A stretch of DNA of 64,000 nucleotides from Camelus dromedarius (Eukaryota). Positions 40,990 to 52,569 of the stretch are shown here, piece after piece (within the stretch, counting starts at the first letter, position 1; each line of letters opens with the position of its first letter). The stretch covers positions 72,170,001-72,234,000 of the forward strand of contig NC_087436.1 of NCBI RefSeq assembly GCF_036321535.1, written 5' to 3'. The notes below the pieces were generated by a model. The model was not told where the DNA came from, did not search any database, and saw only the letters and a list, made by a program, of their open reading frames with translations. A program made the translations under genes and the position numbers.

Positions 40990-42335
40990 ATTGGTGCAGC
41001 CACTATGGAAAGGAGTGTGGAGGTTGCTCAAAAAAACTAAAAATAGAATTACTATATGATCCAGCAATCCGCTTCTGGGCATATATCCAAAGAAAGTGAA
41101 ATCAGTTCCTTGAAGAGATATCTGTACTTCCATGTTCATTGCAGCAGTAATTATTCACAATAGCCAAAGTATGGCAACAACCCAAGTGTCTGTCAATGGA
41201 TGAATGGACAAATCAACACACTGCACACCTTAAACTTACACAGTGTTATATGTCAATTATATCTCAATAAAGCTGGGAGGAAAAAATTGTTATATAGATA
41301 TAAATAGAAATATTACCCAGACTTAGAGAAGAAGGACATCTTGCCATTTGCAGCCATGTGGGTGGATCTAGGGCACATTATGCCAAGTGAAATAAGCCAG
41401 ACACAGAAAGAAAAGAAAAAAACTTTAGTAATCTCACTTGTATGTGGAATCTAATAAAAGTTAAATACATAGAAGTAGAGAGTAGAATAGTGGTTACCAA
41501 AGATGTGGAGGTGAGGGAAATGGGGAGATGTCTGTCAAAAGGCACAAAGTTGCACTTGTGTAGTAGAATAAATGAGTCTAGAGATCAACTGTACAGCAGG
41601 GTGACTATGCTTAATAACACTATACTGAACACTGGAAATTTCCTAAGAGAGTATGTAATAGGCAAGAACAAATCTGACTCCAAATTAGATCTGTTCCTTT
41701 AGCTTTAACCCTGTGCTCTGTTTCCTGTGCTTAGTCATGCTGGTTCTGCACCTTTTGTAAAAGAAAGTTGCCTATAGCCTGAAATATACGAGATGGCTCA
41801 TTCTCAAGACTCTGACCTTTAAGGGTGTAACACCTTTCCATTCATATAAAGATAAAAAGTTGCAAAACAGAGAATAACATTTGTCTTGTTGAAGGTTTAT
41901 AGATACATTGCAATATGACCTATGTGGAACTAAGGATTCCAACGCCAAGATGTTTACAACAACCAATCACACCCCTCCCCTTTTTAGTATAAAATGAGCC
42001 TGAATTCTGACTTGGGTAAGATGGTTCTTTGGGAAACTAGTCCACTATTTTCTTGGTGAGCTGGCTTTCTGAATAAAGTCACTATTCTTTGCCCCAACAA
42101 CTTGTCTCTCGATTTATTGGCCTGCCGTTCCATGAGCAGTATCAGTTTGGACTCAGTAACAAGTAGATTTCAGGTGTTCTCATCATACAAAAAAAAAAAA
42201 AAATTGGTAGGAGATGATATGTTAGTTTTACTGTAGTAATCATTTCACTATGTGTGTGTGTGTGTGTATATATATATATCAAATCATCATGTTGATCAAT
42301 CTAAACATACGCTATTTTTATTAAAAAAAAAAAAC
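40990..42335 (+). mobile_element. Old LINE-1 3' end (L1MA/MB-like), interrupted by a short L1 tail (~41212-41286) and a solo LTR (41654-42161)
   Basis: TTGGTGCAGCCACTATGGAA..., ATGTTCATTGCAGCA, GTGAAATAAGCCAGACACAGAAAG; ATTAAA plus A-tail at ~42320-42334. Confidence 0.88.
41654..42161 (+). mobile_element. ERV1-class solo LTR (508 bp), probably MER41-like
   Basis: TG...CA termini (TGTAATAGG ... CAGTAACA); 4-bp TSD AGTA (41650-41653, 42162-42165); CCAAT 41963, TATAAAA 41988, AATAAA 42072. The family name is from memory. Confidence 0.88.
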
Positions 42336-42943
42336 CTAGTACAGTGAATGGCACACAGTAAATATTAGTCTATCCCTCACCCCATCACCTCCTTCCTGCC
42401 TCAGTCTCCTTTGCGCTACCAGCCACAGTAGTAACTGCAACTTCTTGCATCTATGGGTGTAATTGAGGAGCTCCGAGGACGCAGTTGGGAGAGTTCTGTT
42501 AAGCAAGAATTGCCCCATACCCCAGTAATTCTGCAACGTTAGTTTAGATACTTTCTCAAGTATCTAAGTTAATGAAGACTCCATCCTCCCAACAGCTTAC
42601 ATTTAAAGTCTTCATCATCTATGAGTTTTCTTTTTTTCAGAGCTCATGCCCAATCTATCAGGATTGTCAGCTGTCTTTAAAATAAGCTAGATTCTGACCA
42701 CCAATTGTCACCTCTGCTGTTACCACTCTGGCCTGGTATAAACACTTCTTATCTCCCTTCTGGCTTTCCACATAACCTCTCACTGATGATCTTGATTTGC
42801 CTTTGTCCTCCCTACAAACTACTCCCCCTCCACCCGCTGCCTCTACACAGCAGCTCGTCAGATCATGTCACTGATTTGTTTCCCATCCTTCAATGGCTCT
42901 CCATGAAGAATAAAAGCTGAGATCCTCATAATGACCTAAAAAG

Positions 42944-43360
42944 AGTTATTTATTAAGGGAAAAGATGTGTATTACAAAGTAAACAGAGTCTATATTTTAT
43001 ATATAATGTAGATAGCAAAAAATAGCTTATAAATTATAGAATGTTTTTAAAAATTATTATCATTATTAAAGCAGAAAAAGGGGGTGGGGGTAGACAATGA
43101 ATGCAGCTGTTCTTGGTGTTTTCAAGGCCAAACTGCTGTGGGAGGTGGCCTTCCCTACCGGGCCTTCCCTACAGTCTGTGCGCCCAGACCAGAGCTGATG
43201 CCTGCTGTCCCCTGCAATGCTCAGGGGGCCATGATTGCCATCATTCCACCAGCTGGCCTGTGCCACTTCAAATGTGGCTTCCTGCTGGCCTCCTCAATTT
43301 GCATTATTGGGATAAAGGAATAGCAGTAGCAAATAAAAATTGAAGATTAAAAAAAAAAAA
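42944..43360 (+). pseudogene. Candidate retroposed mRNA 3'-UTR fragment (processed-pseudogene remnant) inserted in an L2
   Basis: AATAAA at 43332, A12 at 43349-43360, imperfect TSD TAAAAAG/TCAAAAG; L2 sequence resumes collinearly on both sides. Parent gene not recognised. Confidence 0.55.
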
Positions 43361-46300
43361 TCAAAAGCCCTACTTGATCTGGCCCCTTCTGTCTTCTTTT
43401 CCAACTCATTTGTTCCTCCCCCTGCACCAGCCATACCAGCTTCCTTATTGTTCCTCAAGGACACAACCATGTTCCCACCTCAAGCTGTTCCAACTGTCCC
43501 TGGGCCTGGAATATTCACCCATGCAGAGACTTAGCCAACTTCTGTATCTTTCAATTCTCAGCTCAGTCTCAACCTCTCAAGGACACTTCTTCTGACTCCC
43601 CAGTGCTGTAATCTGCTCACTCTCACCCACCTGTCCATCTGTCCCCTTACACCAGCTCCACAGGGAGCCGCTCCTATTCATGTCATTCACTAGAACTCTC
43701 AAGCAACTAAAAAGTGCTTGGAATATAGAAGGTAGACTCTGCAAATATCTGTTAAATAAGCGAGTAATGGGAAAATTGGGGTCTCTTTACATATATTTTG
43801 AGTGATATCCATTACATTTGATGTTTTGCCTTTCTAACAAATCAAATGGGCTTTCTTTCTTTCAAAAAAGTTTTCCAACTCCAACCACATTTCTTGTTTC
43901 ACAATAAAAAGTCAACAGCTGCAACTTCTCTAAGAGTCATGAGGAAACCAAGTAAGAGGAAACAATGTCAAGAGAGAGGGGAGCACTGGGACCATTTCCT
44001 CTCATTCCTGGAGGGTCTTGGAGTCTGGTGATAATTCACACCATCCCCATGGCCTCTCATTCTAGGCTCTTTCTTCATGAAGCCCATTAAAATTAAAGCT
44101 CTTCTCCTCTCAGTGGTTGAGAACCTTGCAAGTGACACTTTTTAGTTAACTGTATGTAAAGGCAGGTGCGAATTCTCTTGAAGTTTTGCAGAATCTCAAG
44201 TTTGGGAGAGTGTCCTTTTCTGGCACAAGTGGACAAGCTGCCCAGGGAAAGCTCCCCATCTATTGCACATGTACTTCTTAGAGTAAAACATCAGGCAGTA
44301 GGGACTACATAGGAAAATTCAGCGCATTTGACAAATGAAAACCTGAGGCTTTGACAGGAGGAGAAATGAGTTCTTCTATCAGATTATGGTGTCCCTCTCT
44401 CCTCACTGAATCAAGTTCCTCTTCTCCAGCCTTCTCAATCCTCTCAGGCAAGAGAGGTGGGAGAAAGAAGGGAAATGTACTCAAACCAGGTCTGTGAGAC
44501 TTACAGACACATGAGAGAAAACTTCAAGAGAAACTTCCTAGAGTCGGCACAGAGTCTCTGGACACCTTGTTTAGGTTCATATCCTAATTCTGTCTCCCAC
44601 TTGCTGGGTGACCCTCTGCCAGTTACTTAACCTCTCTGAGTCTGTTTCCTCATCTGTTAAATGGGAATAAATAATACAAAAATATATGGCTATTGTGAAT
44701 ACTATGAAAAATAAAACATACACTGTAATAAGACTCTATTAGTACAATTGTGCTTGAGTGAGGAGTCTGTGCTCTCACTGCTAAATCTGAGTAAGTCAAG
44801 CTCAGAAAAGAAATGTGCCATTTTAATTCTCATTAACCTTGGCTTTCCAGTACCGGCTTCATTTCTCTTTGGGTCTCTTCCATGTGTGTTTTCAAGGTCC
44901 TGCTTTCCTGGCTGGGTGTGCTGTTTCTTATCTATTTCTCCTCTCTCCTGCCTGTTTTGCATTTATTTCCAGCTTTGTGGGAGATTGTGCCAGTGGTGTT
45001 TTCCAGGGCTCCCCACTCCCTATGGTTGGGGGAAAAAGGAAGTGCTTGAAAAGTTCATCCACCAGGTTTGGAGTAGACAAACAGATTTTCCTTTGTTTCA
45101 AAACTCCGCTAGGTTCTGTGGGCGGTGATTTCCTCCTTCCTGGTTTAGGGACCACGAGGAGGGATTTAATTTTGATGAGTAATATAATACAGTCAAGAAA
45201 GAGAAACCTCTAAATGTGGCAAATAGTAAATTACGCTAGATGAGAACATAAACTACCTGGAAACAAAAGGGGCGCCAATCTGGAAATCAGAGGACATAGA
45301 TAAAGAAGAGATGGATAAAGAAGTTGTACATCCTTGTTTTGCATATATTGGGGGAATTCTGAGAGAATTCCCACATCTCTAAACCCATACACAGTCTGAA
45401 TTATTTTCTAATTTTGCTTTCTTTTTATGTGAAAACATCACATAGATTTTTCTTGGATTATGTGTCTACTCAGCAAACTGAAGGGAATTATGAAAGAACT
45501 AAAATGTCCCGCTCTGTCTCAGCCACCTTTTGCCACTGGCTCTGCCTTTTAGCAGATTAGCTAAGGAGATCACATCAGATGAACAGAGTACTCAGTCTTC
45601 ATCTTCTTGGATGGGTCTGACCTTCACTCCTGTGGATGAAAACTAAAGGTCATTCATATCCTGAACTCACTGAATATGAAGATTCTAGTCTTCCTTCTCA
45701 TTCTTGTCCTCATCCATCTCCATGCTCTCTTTTGAGAACTTCAAGAATTGTTTTCTGGAGTCTCTGTCCTGGACAGATGCAGGGGCAGCAAGCAGCAGTC
45801 AGAAAATATCATTTCTCTTTCAGCTGACTTGACTTAAAGACAGTAAACTCAGGATTCACTCATGATTCTCAAGTGTTCAACCTCCAATACACCTTTTATT
45901 GATTTCACTCCTTAAGAGTTTTTAATGGAGGCCGGTAAATTCTTGAAACTTGATGCACAACTTTGTACTTAGGTGTATTTAAGGGTAAGGAGAGAGCACA
46001 TCATGGTTTCAAAGGCTTAAGTGGTTAAAATTTAGAAAAGTTAAGAACCACGGAGGTGACACCTTCAAGGGAAGCTAATCTGTTTAGCCTTAGCACGTTG
46101 AACATTAAGTAGACTAAATCTGTGGGACGCCATACAAGTTCATTCACTGGCCTCTGGAAATATTGTTTGTGTTCTGGACTCTCCAGAGTCTGTGAAACAC
46201 AGGCGATGAGGAGAAGAAAGCAGCAGAACCCTCCTTCATAGTGGATGCTAGTCACTGACCCATCCCTCACCCTGCCTGCTCCATTGTGGCTCTTCCCCCA

Positions 46301-49300
46301 ACCCGGGAGCAGCCTGGAAGGGCATGGATGGTTAATTCACCAAAGGAGGAAATTGCTGCCTTGCTGAATGGTGACTGCTTTATCTATCCACCACTAAATG
46401 TGAGCATGAGCTAAAACTGTAGTTTCCATACTGAATTCTCCTGGGTTTGTGTAAATAAAACAATTGTCTCTGACAGGGAACAGAAATAGACAAAGATAAA
46501 CATTTTCACTTCCTTTTGTTGATATTGCTCTTGGTGGGAAAAGAACTGGGGAATTTTTACTTTCATTTAAGAAATGTTCACAGAGCACCCGTTTGTTGTA
46601 GGCACGTGGCTAGAAGCTGAAAAACAGTTTAAATAAGCGGACATGGTTTCTGACCTGGTGGAATTTCCAGACAGGTGAGTAAGACATACATCAACAATCA
46701 CACAGATAGGCTAAGCTTTCTTTAACAGAATCCAAAGAGGAGTTTGCATTCATGTCAAACTGGGTCTTGAACACTTCAACAATTTTTACGGCCAAAGTGG
46801 GGGAAAGAATGAGCTACAGCGAAGCTCACATCTTGAAACAAAAACTTAAAAACAATCAAAGTTTTGAGGCGACTTGTGAGAAATGAAATATAGAAATTAC
46901 AGCATAAGCTCGTTTTTCCACTTAAGCTACTTTCTTTAAATTGCTGAGTCTTATCTCAACCCAGTTTTTAAAAATATCACATGTGTATAGAAACAAAAGA
47001 ACAAAAGAATAAGCTTTTAAGAAAAGAGGAAAAATAACCTTATAAGACTACACTACCTTTAATCAGCATTTTTAAAGCCTTTTCTTTCTCCTGTCACTTG
47101 ACTCAATGGCTTGTGTGGGTTGATTACCTCAAGACATAATTAAACACACGCATAGGTCCAGTCATTTCTAATACAGCAACTTCCCTTTCTGCCAAGTGAC
47201 TTCATTTCCTATGATCTTTACTTCACATGAAAGAGATCCTAGTGACAAACAATATATAATTGCAATTTCAAAGATACATATTTTATAGTAAACATTGGCA
47301 TAAACAATCTCTAAAACTTTTGTTTAATAAATCTAACAAAGAAATGACTACAAGTAAACAATTGCATGTATTTGTTTATTTTTTCTTATTGAAGACAGGC
47401 TGATCTTAGGTCTCCCAAGTCTATAATAAATGCCGGTTTCCACAACCAGCCTCTTTCTCCAATCCCATCTTTCAAACGCCGTCTCAGAATCTTCACTGAT
47501 TTGGGAGATAGAATTGGCAACGATACTCAGTTCTCTGTGTATATCAACAGTATTTTTTTTTTAAGGCACAAACATAAATTGAATTTTTAGGCATAAAAAA
47601 GAAAGCTCTATAATTAAAAGGAAAAAAAGCAGCCAGATGTCAGCTTTAAGAGACCTGTTGTGTCAATACATTTTTACTTTTTGATTGGTATTTTTTTTTA
47701 AAAAATGTGGTTCTTCCACTCTAGGCAAAGTTAAGTGTGACTTAAGTGACAGATTAGAGGGGGAGAAAAACTGACATTTATTGAGTACCTCCTATGGGGC
47801 AGTCACCAGTCTTAACATTTTCTGTATATTTCCTCACTTAACTCTTGCTGCGATCCTATGGAATTATGGTTATTCTCATTTTACAGATGAGGAAACTGAG
47901 ACTCAGTGAGGCTAAAATAATTTCCCACAGTTGTTTGGCTAATAAATGGTGGACACAGTCTTGAAGGCAGATCTGACTGAGTCCAACACCCACGAAGACC
48001 CTTAAATTTAAGTTATTCAGATTTGATCTGGCTCAAAACCAACGCATTTAGCTGTTTCCATTTTCTAGCTTGTCAAGACTTTGAAAAATGTCTTTTCTTG
48101 AAAAGGTGGGACACTTTTAGCAGTCTGAGCCAACTTTTCTTAGTATTTTTACCAATTGTTAACTGGAGATAATGAAATTGGAGATGGGACTGAAAGACAC
48201 TGGAGCAGATTGTTATCATATTTTATTTACTATACTTTGTTAAGTACAAATGTCTTTTATGCACAAAAAGTAATAACATGTTTAAAATCTTTCAGTTAAC
48301 TCCTAGTTTTATTGACTAACATTTCAGGGAGCAGGTGTTTTATGTTTACGATCTCAGCGTCAACACATTGTAAGTCAAACTCAGTGATACATGTTTAGCA
48401 TTTGTCTGTGGGTCTCTTAACCTTGAGGATTGTTGAGCTGAGACTAATTTCCTTGAAAGGAGAAAAAAATTCCAGGTTCAAGTTGAGACTTTACTACTGG
48501 GATTGGGAAAGGTGGCACAGATTTCAGCAGCAGCAGAGGAAAGGCCAGCATAGAATTGGCTTGCTCAAGGTCTCTCGGTTAATCAGCAGGGGATAAGATT
48601 CAAACTCAAGTTTGCCTCACTTCAAAGCCCATTTTTTCCCCACCACATTCTGCTTTATTATGTGAATACAACTTAATTTAGGCTTACAAACAAGCCCCAG
48701 TTCTAAAATACCTGTTTGAAGTGGGAGTGGGGTGGGGAGGTGCTGTGTATGTGCATGAATTGTTTAACATACCCCAAAAGACATTCAGTTGACCCGAGGC
48801 TGACAGAAGAAGAAGAGTTACTTATTGATGTGGAAAAGGTAAATGCCTGTCTTTGTCTTATCTCTTTCTTGAGCTCTTCCCTTTCTTGGCTGATAGACTT
48901 GGTCCCACGGCTATGATTAAGCTCTCTGGATGCTTTTTTCTTTGTTAAGTGCTGGTTGGAACTTAAATGAGCAAATCAATGGTCAAGAGCCCTATGAACT
49001 TTGCATTCATCCCTAGAGGGGGACAAAATAGCATTTGTATTTATGTGCAGCTTTACTGTTCACTCAAACTTTTTACCCTATTCTGTTCTATTTTGAAGCA
49101 GCATTTCCTCGAACAGGATAATTAGCCCTTTTCCCCCTACTTAATCCCATTTGGTCTTCTCCTTACTATGCAATGACTCATATGGTTACCTTTATGGAAA
49201 TGGGACAAGACCAGAACGACTGCCCCCTCCAGTCACTTGGTCTTTGTCCATCCTTGCCTCAGATGGAGAGAGTCTTGGGACATGACACATCAAGGTGGCA

Positions 49301-50675
49301 CTGTGAGAGATCGACATTTGCACAGATGCCCTTTCGTCTTACAAATGATGCTCCATTCCAAAGGCTGTGAACATGTAGGTCAAACAGAGCTCATTAGCTC
49401 AACCTCTAAGGATGACATCAGGTTGCAAAGAGGAGGAAGGGAAGAGATGAGGAGATGGGCCAGAGAGGGGGAAAGAGGTGCTTAGGTAAGTTGCACAAAC
49501 ACAAAGACAACCCTGAGAGAAAAGTAGAGGAGCGTTTGCAGTTCCTCAGAGCTCTGAGTATCTTAGTAGTGCCCCTGGTATAACTGGGTCCTAATGATGC
49601 TAGACTGAACCTTAAGGGTCTGTCCATATGAGATTATGTCTTTGCTGAACAAACCAACATTACTGAAGAAAAAAAAAAACTGGGAATTTTCTTTAAGATT
49701 CGGCTCTTGCTTACATTTCTGGCCCCAACTTTTTCTCTCCTCACTCCATACATATTTTCCGTACAATGCTCAATAATTTCAGGAACCCAACTGGGCCACA
49801 TTCTCTTACATGTCATTACCTTGTACTTGCTTTTCCTTTCACTAGCAAAGCAGGCATCCCTTCTCCCAACCCCCTTGGTCTTACTCCTACTCATCACCAA
49901 TACTAGGTCACAGTCACTTGTTTGTATAACTAATTGTCCATATCCTACATTAGACTGCAAACTCCTTGAAGTCAGAGGCATCCTTATTTACATAGTATTC
50001 ATATCTCCTACTACAAAACGTGGTATTAGAAGATAATCAATATATGGCAAATCAATAAATGAACAATCAAGTTCCTAAAATAGTAGATTTAAAAACAATA
50101 AGAACTGCATTGTAAATAGTAAACATTGACTTTGCTACAGAAGTTGATATAATGTACTATTTTGTCTTCAAGTCTTATGTTGGTTGGAGAAAGGAAAAAA
50201 AAGAAATATGGTTGTTCAGAAGACTACCAACTTCTTTGGAAAGCACTCAAACATGGCATTACTTCTCAACACACACTTGTGTGGACAAACTCACTGTTCT
50301 ATCAGTCTCCCTGGGAAAGAAGAAGGATGTTGCATCAAGCTGAATTCATTATAAATTGTGTACTTGTCCAGAGGTAGGCAGACTTTTACTATTGTAAGCT
50401 TCCTTCCATAGTGTTCCTTTTCCAAGGAAGTCCAGACTAATCTCTGAGGACTCAAGAGGAATGGAGTAAGAAACTTTCAGTCATACAAAGATGGTTTTGT
50501 GTCCTAGTGTCCTGAATATGCTTCCCTTTATGAATATGCTTTGAGACCAGGATTAAACCTAATAAGTTTTGGATGCATGAGCTCCACCACTACTGAGATA
50601 TATGAACTTGAAGATGTAGTTTCCTCATCTGTAAAATGAGGACAATATTACTTAGCCCATTGTCATGAGGATTAA

Positions 50676-50697
50676 TACACACACACACACACACACA
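50676..50697. repeat. (CA)n microsatellite
   Basis: About 10 CA units; also (TG)n(TA)n at 42250-42279 and (CAGA)n at ~39955-39976. Confidence 0.9.
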
Positions 50698-52284
50698 GAT
50701 TCCCTGACATCAAGTAAATCAAAATGATATTTAAGAAGTTAGCTGGAGTCACTACACAAATCTTTCATTAAAGGAAAATTTCTCCCCAAACCACAAGTAT
50801 TCACATTCTGCTGAAACATCATTCGTCTTGGTCTAATTTTCAATAATTCTTCTGTCAGAAAATTTAATTTAAATCCTATATCACTGTTTAAACTAGCTAT
50901 TTCCTCAAGCAGTTTTGAATTCCATAGATTTTTAAGACTCTCTGTACTCCAGATTTTCAATCTGAAAGGGCAACTTGAACTCAGATATAACCAGATTTTA
51001 ATCTGGAGCTTTAAATTTTTAGCAAATCCTAACTCAAACTGGTGTTGTTTCTATTTTATTATATTGTTTCATTACATGCTGTAATCTAGCTTTACTTGGT
51101 ATTTCAGAAACCAATCTTTCATCAAGAATCCACTAAGGCAAAATAAATTTTTAGGAAATAATTGTTGGTGGAATGGCTTTGCAGTTTGGAAGTCAAACAT
51201 CTGACAAAAATGAGAAACACAAGCCATAGCTTTTGGATTAGATAGGAATCCATCAGTGTAAAAGTTAAGCCAGGAAGTTTGCATATATTAACTTGATGAG
51301 ATAGGTCGAGATTTTTAAACTCAGCTTCTAGCTATAGAAACTGGAACGCAGAAACGTTAAAAGCCACAAAAGATTAGGTGGCTGAACTAGGGTTTAAACC
51401 CAGATGTTCCTTCCACTAAGTACACATTACTTACCTTTCTATTACACGCCACCTCATCCCGCCTCATCCAAGTAACCCCAGCGAACCACATCCTGGGACA
51501 TAAACATGTTTTATTCTATCGCTTGAGTGTCTGTGGACAGTATCCTTATCGAGAACGTGCTGCTGCTCTTCATCCTCGTCTATTAAAGTCCTGCATCCTT
51601 CGATACCCTGCTCAAACGGCTATACCCTTGTTGGAACAAACATCATGGTACCATCTGTCTGTTTCTGTAATATAACCTGGCCCTTATATTGCTTTCTTCT
51701 TCTGATGGCCGAAACTTTTTAAAACCAAGTACTTAGTCTTCTCCACTTCTAGATTCCCACATTACTCAGAAGTTACTTGATAAATATTTGTGGAACTGAA
51801 CTGAAAGATATATCCTTTCAGTCTGTTAAACATACATTAGAAAAGACAAATCTTTTGAAAAGTTGTAACCTGCTCCTTGAGAGCGGTAATCGTTCCTGGA
51901 AACTTTCCAGAATGCTTAGGAAAGGACTTCTCATAAATTATATCTCCACTAAAAGTGGTTTGCTCAATTACCTTCTCTATCACTACAGCACGTATAATTT
52001 ACCTAAAGAAATGATTGTGCCATAAAAGAATAATCACAAATGACCTTCCTCTAACAGCTGCCAGATGATACTGTGATAAAGTGAATAAATAAAATAAAAG
52101 GGAAATAAAATAAAAGGGAAAACAACTGACAATCATGGATCAAACTGAGAAGATTGACTATTTTAAAACTATTTTAAAATGTGTTTTAAAATAAAATCAG
52201 TAAAGTGGAATTACTTGAAAGAGCAAATAAAACTTCAACCATTGCTGAAAATTTGATAAGAAATTAATTGTTCGAGGAGTCCGA

Positions 52285-52398
52285 TGACTCAGGTCTGCCC
52301 TCAAAGGGCGGGTGGAGGGTTGCGTGGTGTGGAATTTCCTCTAACAGTGATGTAAGGATGATGGTGCACATGTTCCCCACTCTTTCGATAATATAAAA
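52285..52398 (+). promoter_or_regulatory. CXCL8: CXCL8 proximal promoter: AP-1 (TGACTCA 52285-52291), GC box (52306-52312), NF-kB (TGGAATTTCC 52330-52339), TATA box (TATAAAA 52392-52398)
   Basis: Motifs read directly; order and spacing match the established IL-8 promoter architecture. TSS inferred at ~52420-52425. Confidence 0.93.
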
Positions 52399-52505
52399 AG
52401 CCACAGGAGCTCTCTGTCCAACACAGGTCCTCTGGGACAGCAGAGCTCACAAGCGTCTAGGACAAGAGCCAGTAAGAAGCCACAAAGGACACACTCTGTG
52501 TAAAC

Positions 52506-52569
52506 ATGACTTCCAAGCTGGCTGTTGCTCTCTTGGCAGCTTTCTTGATTTCTGCAGCTCTGTGTGAAG
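52506..52569 (+). CDS. CXCL8: CXCL8 coding exon 1 (signal peptide [21 protein letters not shown])
   Basis: ATG at 52506 in context AAACATGA; donor GAAG|GTAAGC at 52570. Confidence 0.98.

Noticed and set aside
2882..52120. Short direct duplications (16 bp at 2882, 12 bp at ~3739, 20 bp at ~31303/31328, 16 bp at ~52088)
   Set aside because: Ordinary slippage duplications with no shared motif or higher-order organisation.
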